Positions 62,655 to 64,000 of a stretch of 64,000 nucleotides of DNA are shown in pieces. The notes below the pieces were generated by a model. The model saw only the letters and a program-made list of their open reading frames with translations. It was not told the DNA's origin and did not search any database. The translations under genes and the position numbers were made by a program. The DNA is from Okamejei kenojei (lineage: Eukaryota): contig CM069162.1 in assembly GCA_035221665.1 (NCBI GenBank), forward strand, positions 22,692,001 to 22,756,000, read 5' to 3'. Within the stretch, counting starts at the first letter, position 1. Each line of letters begins with the position of its first letter.

Positions 62655-64000
62655 ATAACCATATAACCATATAACAATTACAGCACGGAAACAGGCCCTC
62701 TCGGCCCTTCCAGTCCGTGCCGACCATTTGTTTTCCCCTAGTCCCATCTACCTGCACTCAGACCATACCCCTCCATTCCCTTCACGTCCATATACCTATC
62801 CACTTTACTCTTAAATGTTAAAATCGATCCTGCCTCCACCACTTCTGCTGGAAGCTCATTCCACACAGCCACCACCCTCTGAGTAAAGAAGTTCCCCCTC
62901 ACGTTACCCCGAAACCTCTGTCCCTTAATTCTCATGTCATGCCCTCTTGTTTGAATCTTCCCTACCCTCAATGGGAAAAACGTATCCACGTCAACTCTGT
63001 CTATCCCTTTCATCATTTTAAAGACCTCAATCAAGTCCCCCCTTAACCTTCTGCGCTCCAAAGAATAAAGACCTTACTTGTTCAACCTTTCTCTGTAACA
63101 TAGTTGCTGGCACCCTGGCAACATTCTAGTAAATCTCCTCTGTACTCTCTCTATTTTGTTGATATCCTTCCTATAACTAGGCGACCAAAATTGTACACCA
63201 TACTCCAGAATTGGTCTTACCAATGCCTTGTACAATTTTAACATTACTTCCCTACTCCTATATTCAATGCTCTGATTTATAAAGGCCAGCACACCAAAGG
63301 CTTTCTTTACCACCCTATCTACATGCGATTCCACCTTCAGGGAATTATGCACAGTTATTCCTAGATCCCTCTGTTCCACAGCATTCCTCAATTCCCTACC
63401 ATTTACCATGTACGTCCTATTTTGATTTGTCCTGCCAAGATGTAGCACTTCACACTTATCAGCATTAAACTCCATCTGCCATCTTTCAGCCCACTTTTCC
63501 AAATGGCCCAAATCTCTCTGTAGACTTTGAAAATGTACTTCATTATCCACAACACCACCTATCTTAGTATCATCTGCATACTTACTTATCCAATTTTTCC
63601 ACCCCATCATCCAGATCATTGATGTACATGACAAACAACAGTGGACCCAACACAGATCCCTGAGGCACCCCACTGGTCACCGGCTTCCAACCTGACAAAC
63701 AGCCATCCACCATTACTCTCTGACATCTCCCATTCAGCCACTGTTGAATCCATCTTGCTACTCCGCCATTAACACCCAAAGATTGAACCTTCTTAACCAA
63801 CCTTCCATGGGGAACCTTGTCAAAGGCCTTACTGAAATCCATATAGACAACATCCACTGCTTTACCCTCATCAATTTCCCTAGTTACCGCTTCAAAAAAT
63901 TCAAGAAGGTTTGTCAAACATGACCTTCCAGGCACAAATCCATGTTGACTGTTCCTGATCAGACCCTGTTTATCCAGATGCTTATATATATTATCTCTAA
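62655..64000 (-). mobile_element. Young CR1 (HER1-like) LINE, RT domain to 3' end, running off the window
   Basis: [11 protein letters not shown]...[14 protein letters not shown]...[14 protein letters not shown]...YADDTK...RRRLRGDLIEVFK; one +1 frameshift near 63597 and one in-frame stop at 63074-63076; 8-bp repeat tail (ATAACCAT)n. Confidence 0.97.

Noticed and set aside
1-64000. CRISPR array, operon or other prokaryotic or viral system
   Set aside because: The recurring ~35-nt hairpin motif is dispersed in both orientations with TSDs rather than regularly spaced; no gene-dense or viral-like ORFs are present.

Overview
This is eukaryotic, AT-rich vertebrate DNA. The repeat content (CR1/HER1-type LINEs, an HE1-type tRNA-derived SINE, abundant Penelope-like elements) points to a cartilaginous fish such as a skate or ray; that assignment is an inference. 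I found no intact host protein-coding gene. The window reads like the inside of a very large intron or gene desert, with only weak candidate exons on the + strand. Every recognisable ORF is transposon-derived: Penelope-like RT and GIY-YIG fragments, CR1 and Rex1/Babar RT fragments, an L1 3' end with a 10-bp TSD, and a full-length but dead DD34E Tc1 element with IR-DR ends carrying a nested Harbinger-like MITE. The most interesting signal is a dense family of Penelope-terminus elements carrying a minimal hammerhead-ribozyme motif (CUGAAGA-A-stem II-GAAA-CGUC/U). At least four are only 80-126 bp long, sit between clean 10-14 bp target-site duplications, and have 5' ends clustered within the ribozyme motif, which suggests a ribozyme-bounded micro-retroelement system. 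Also notable are several perfect fold-back palindromes, an inverted ~98%-identical CR1 pair bracketing a candidate small exon, and an unexplained CpG-island-like block. Boundaries of decayed repeats are approximate, and no database search or folding computation was run.
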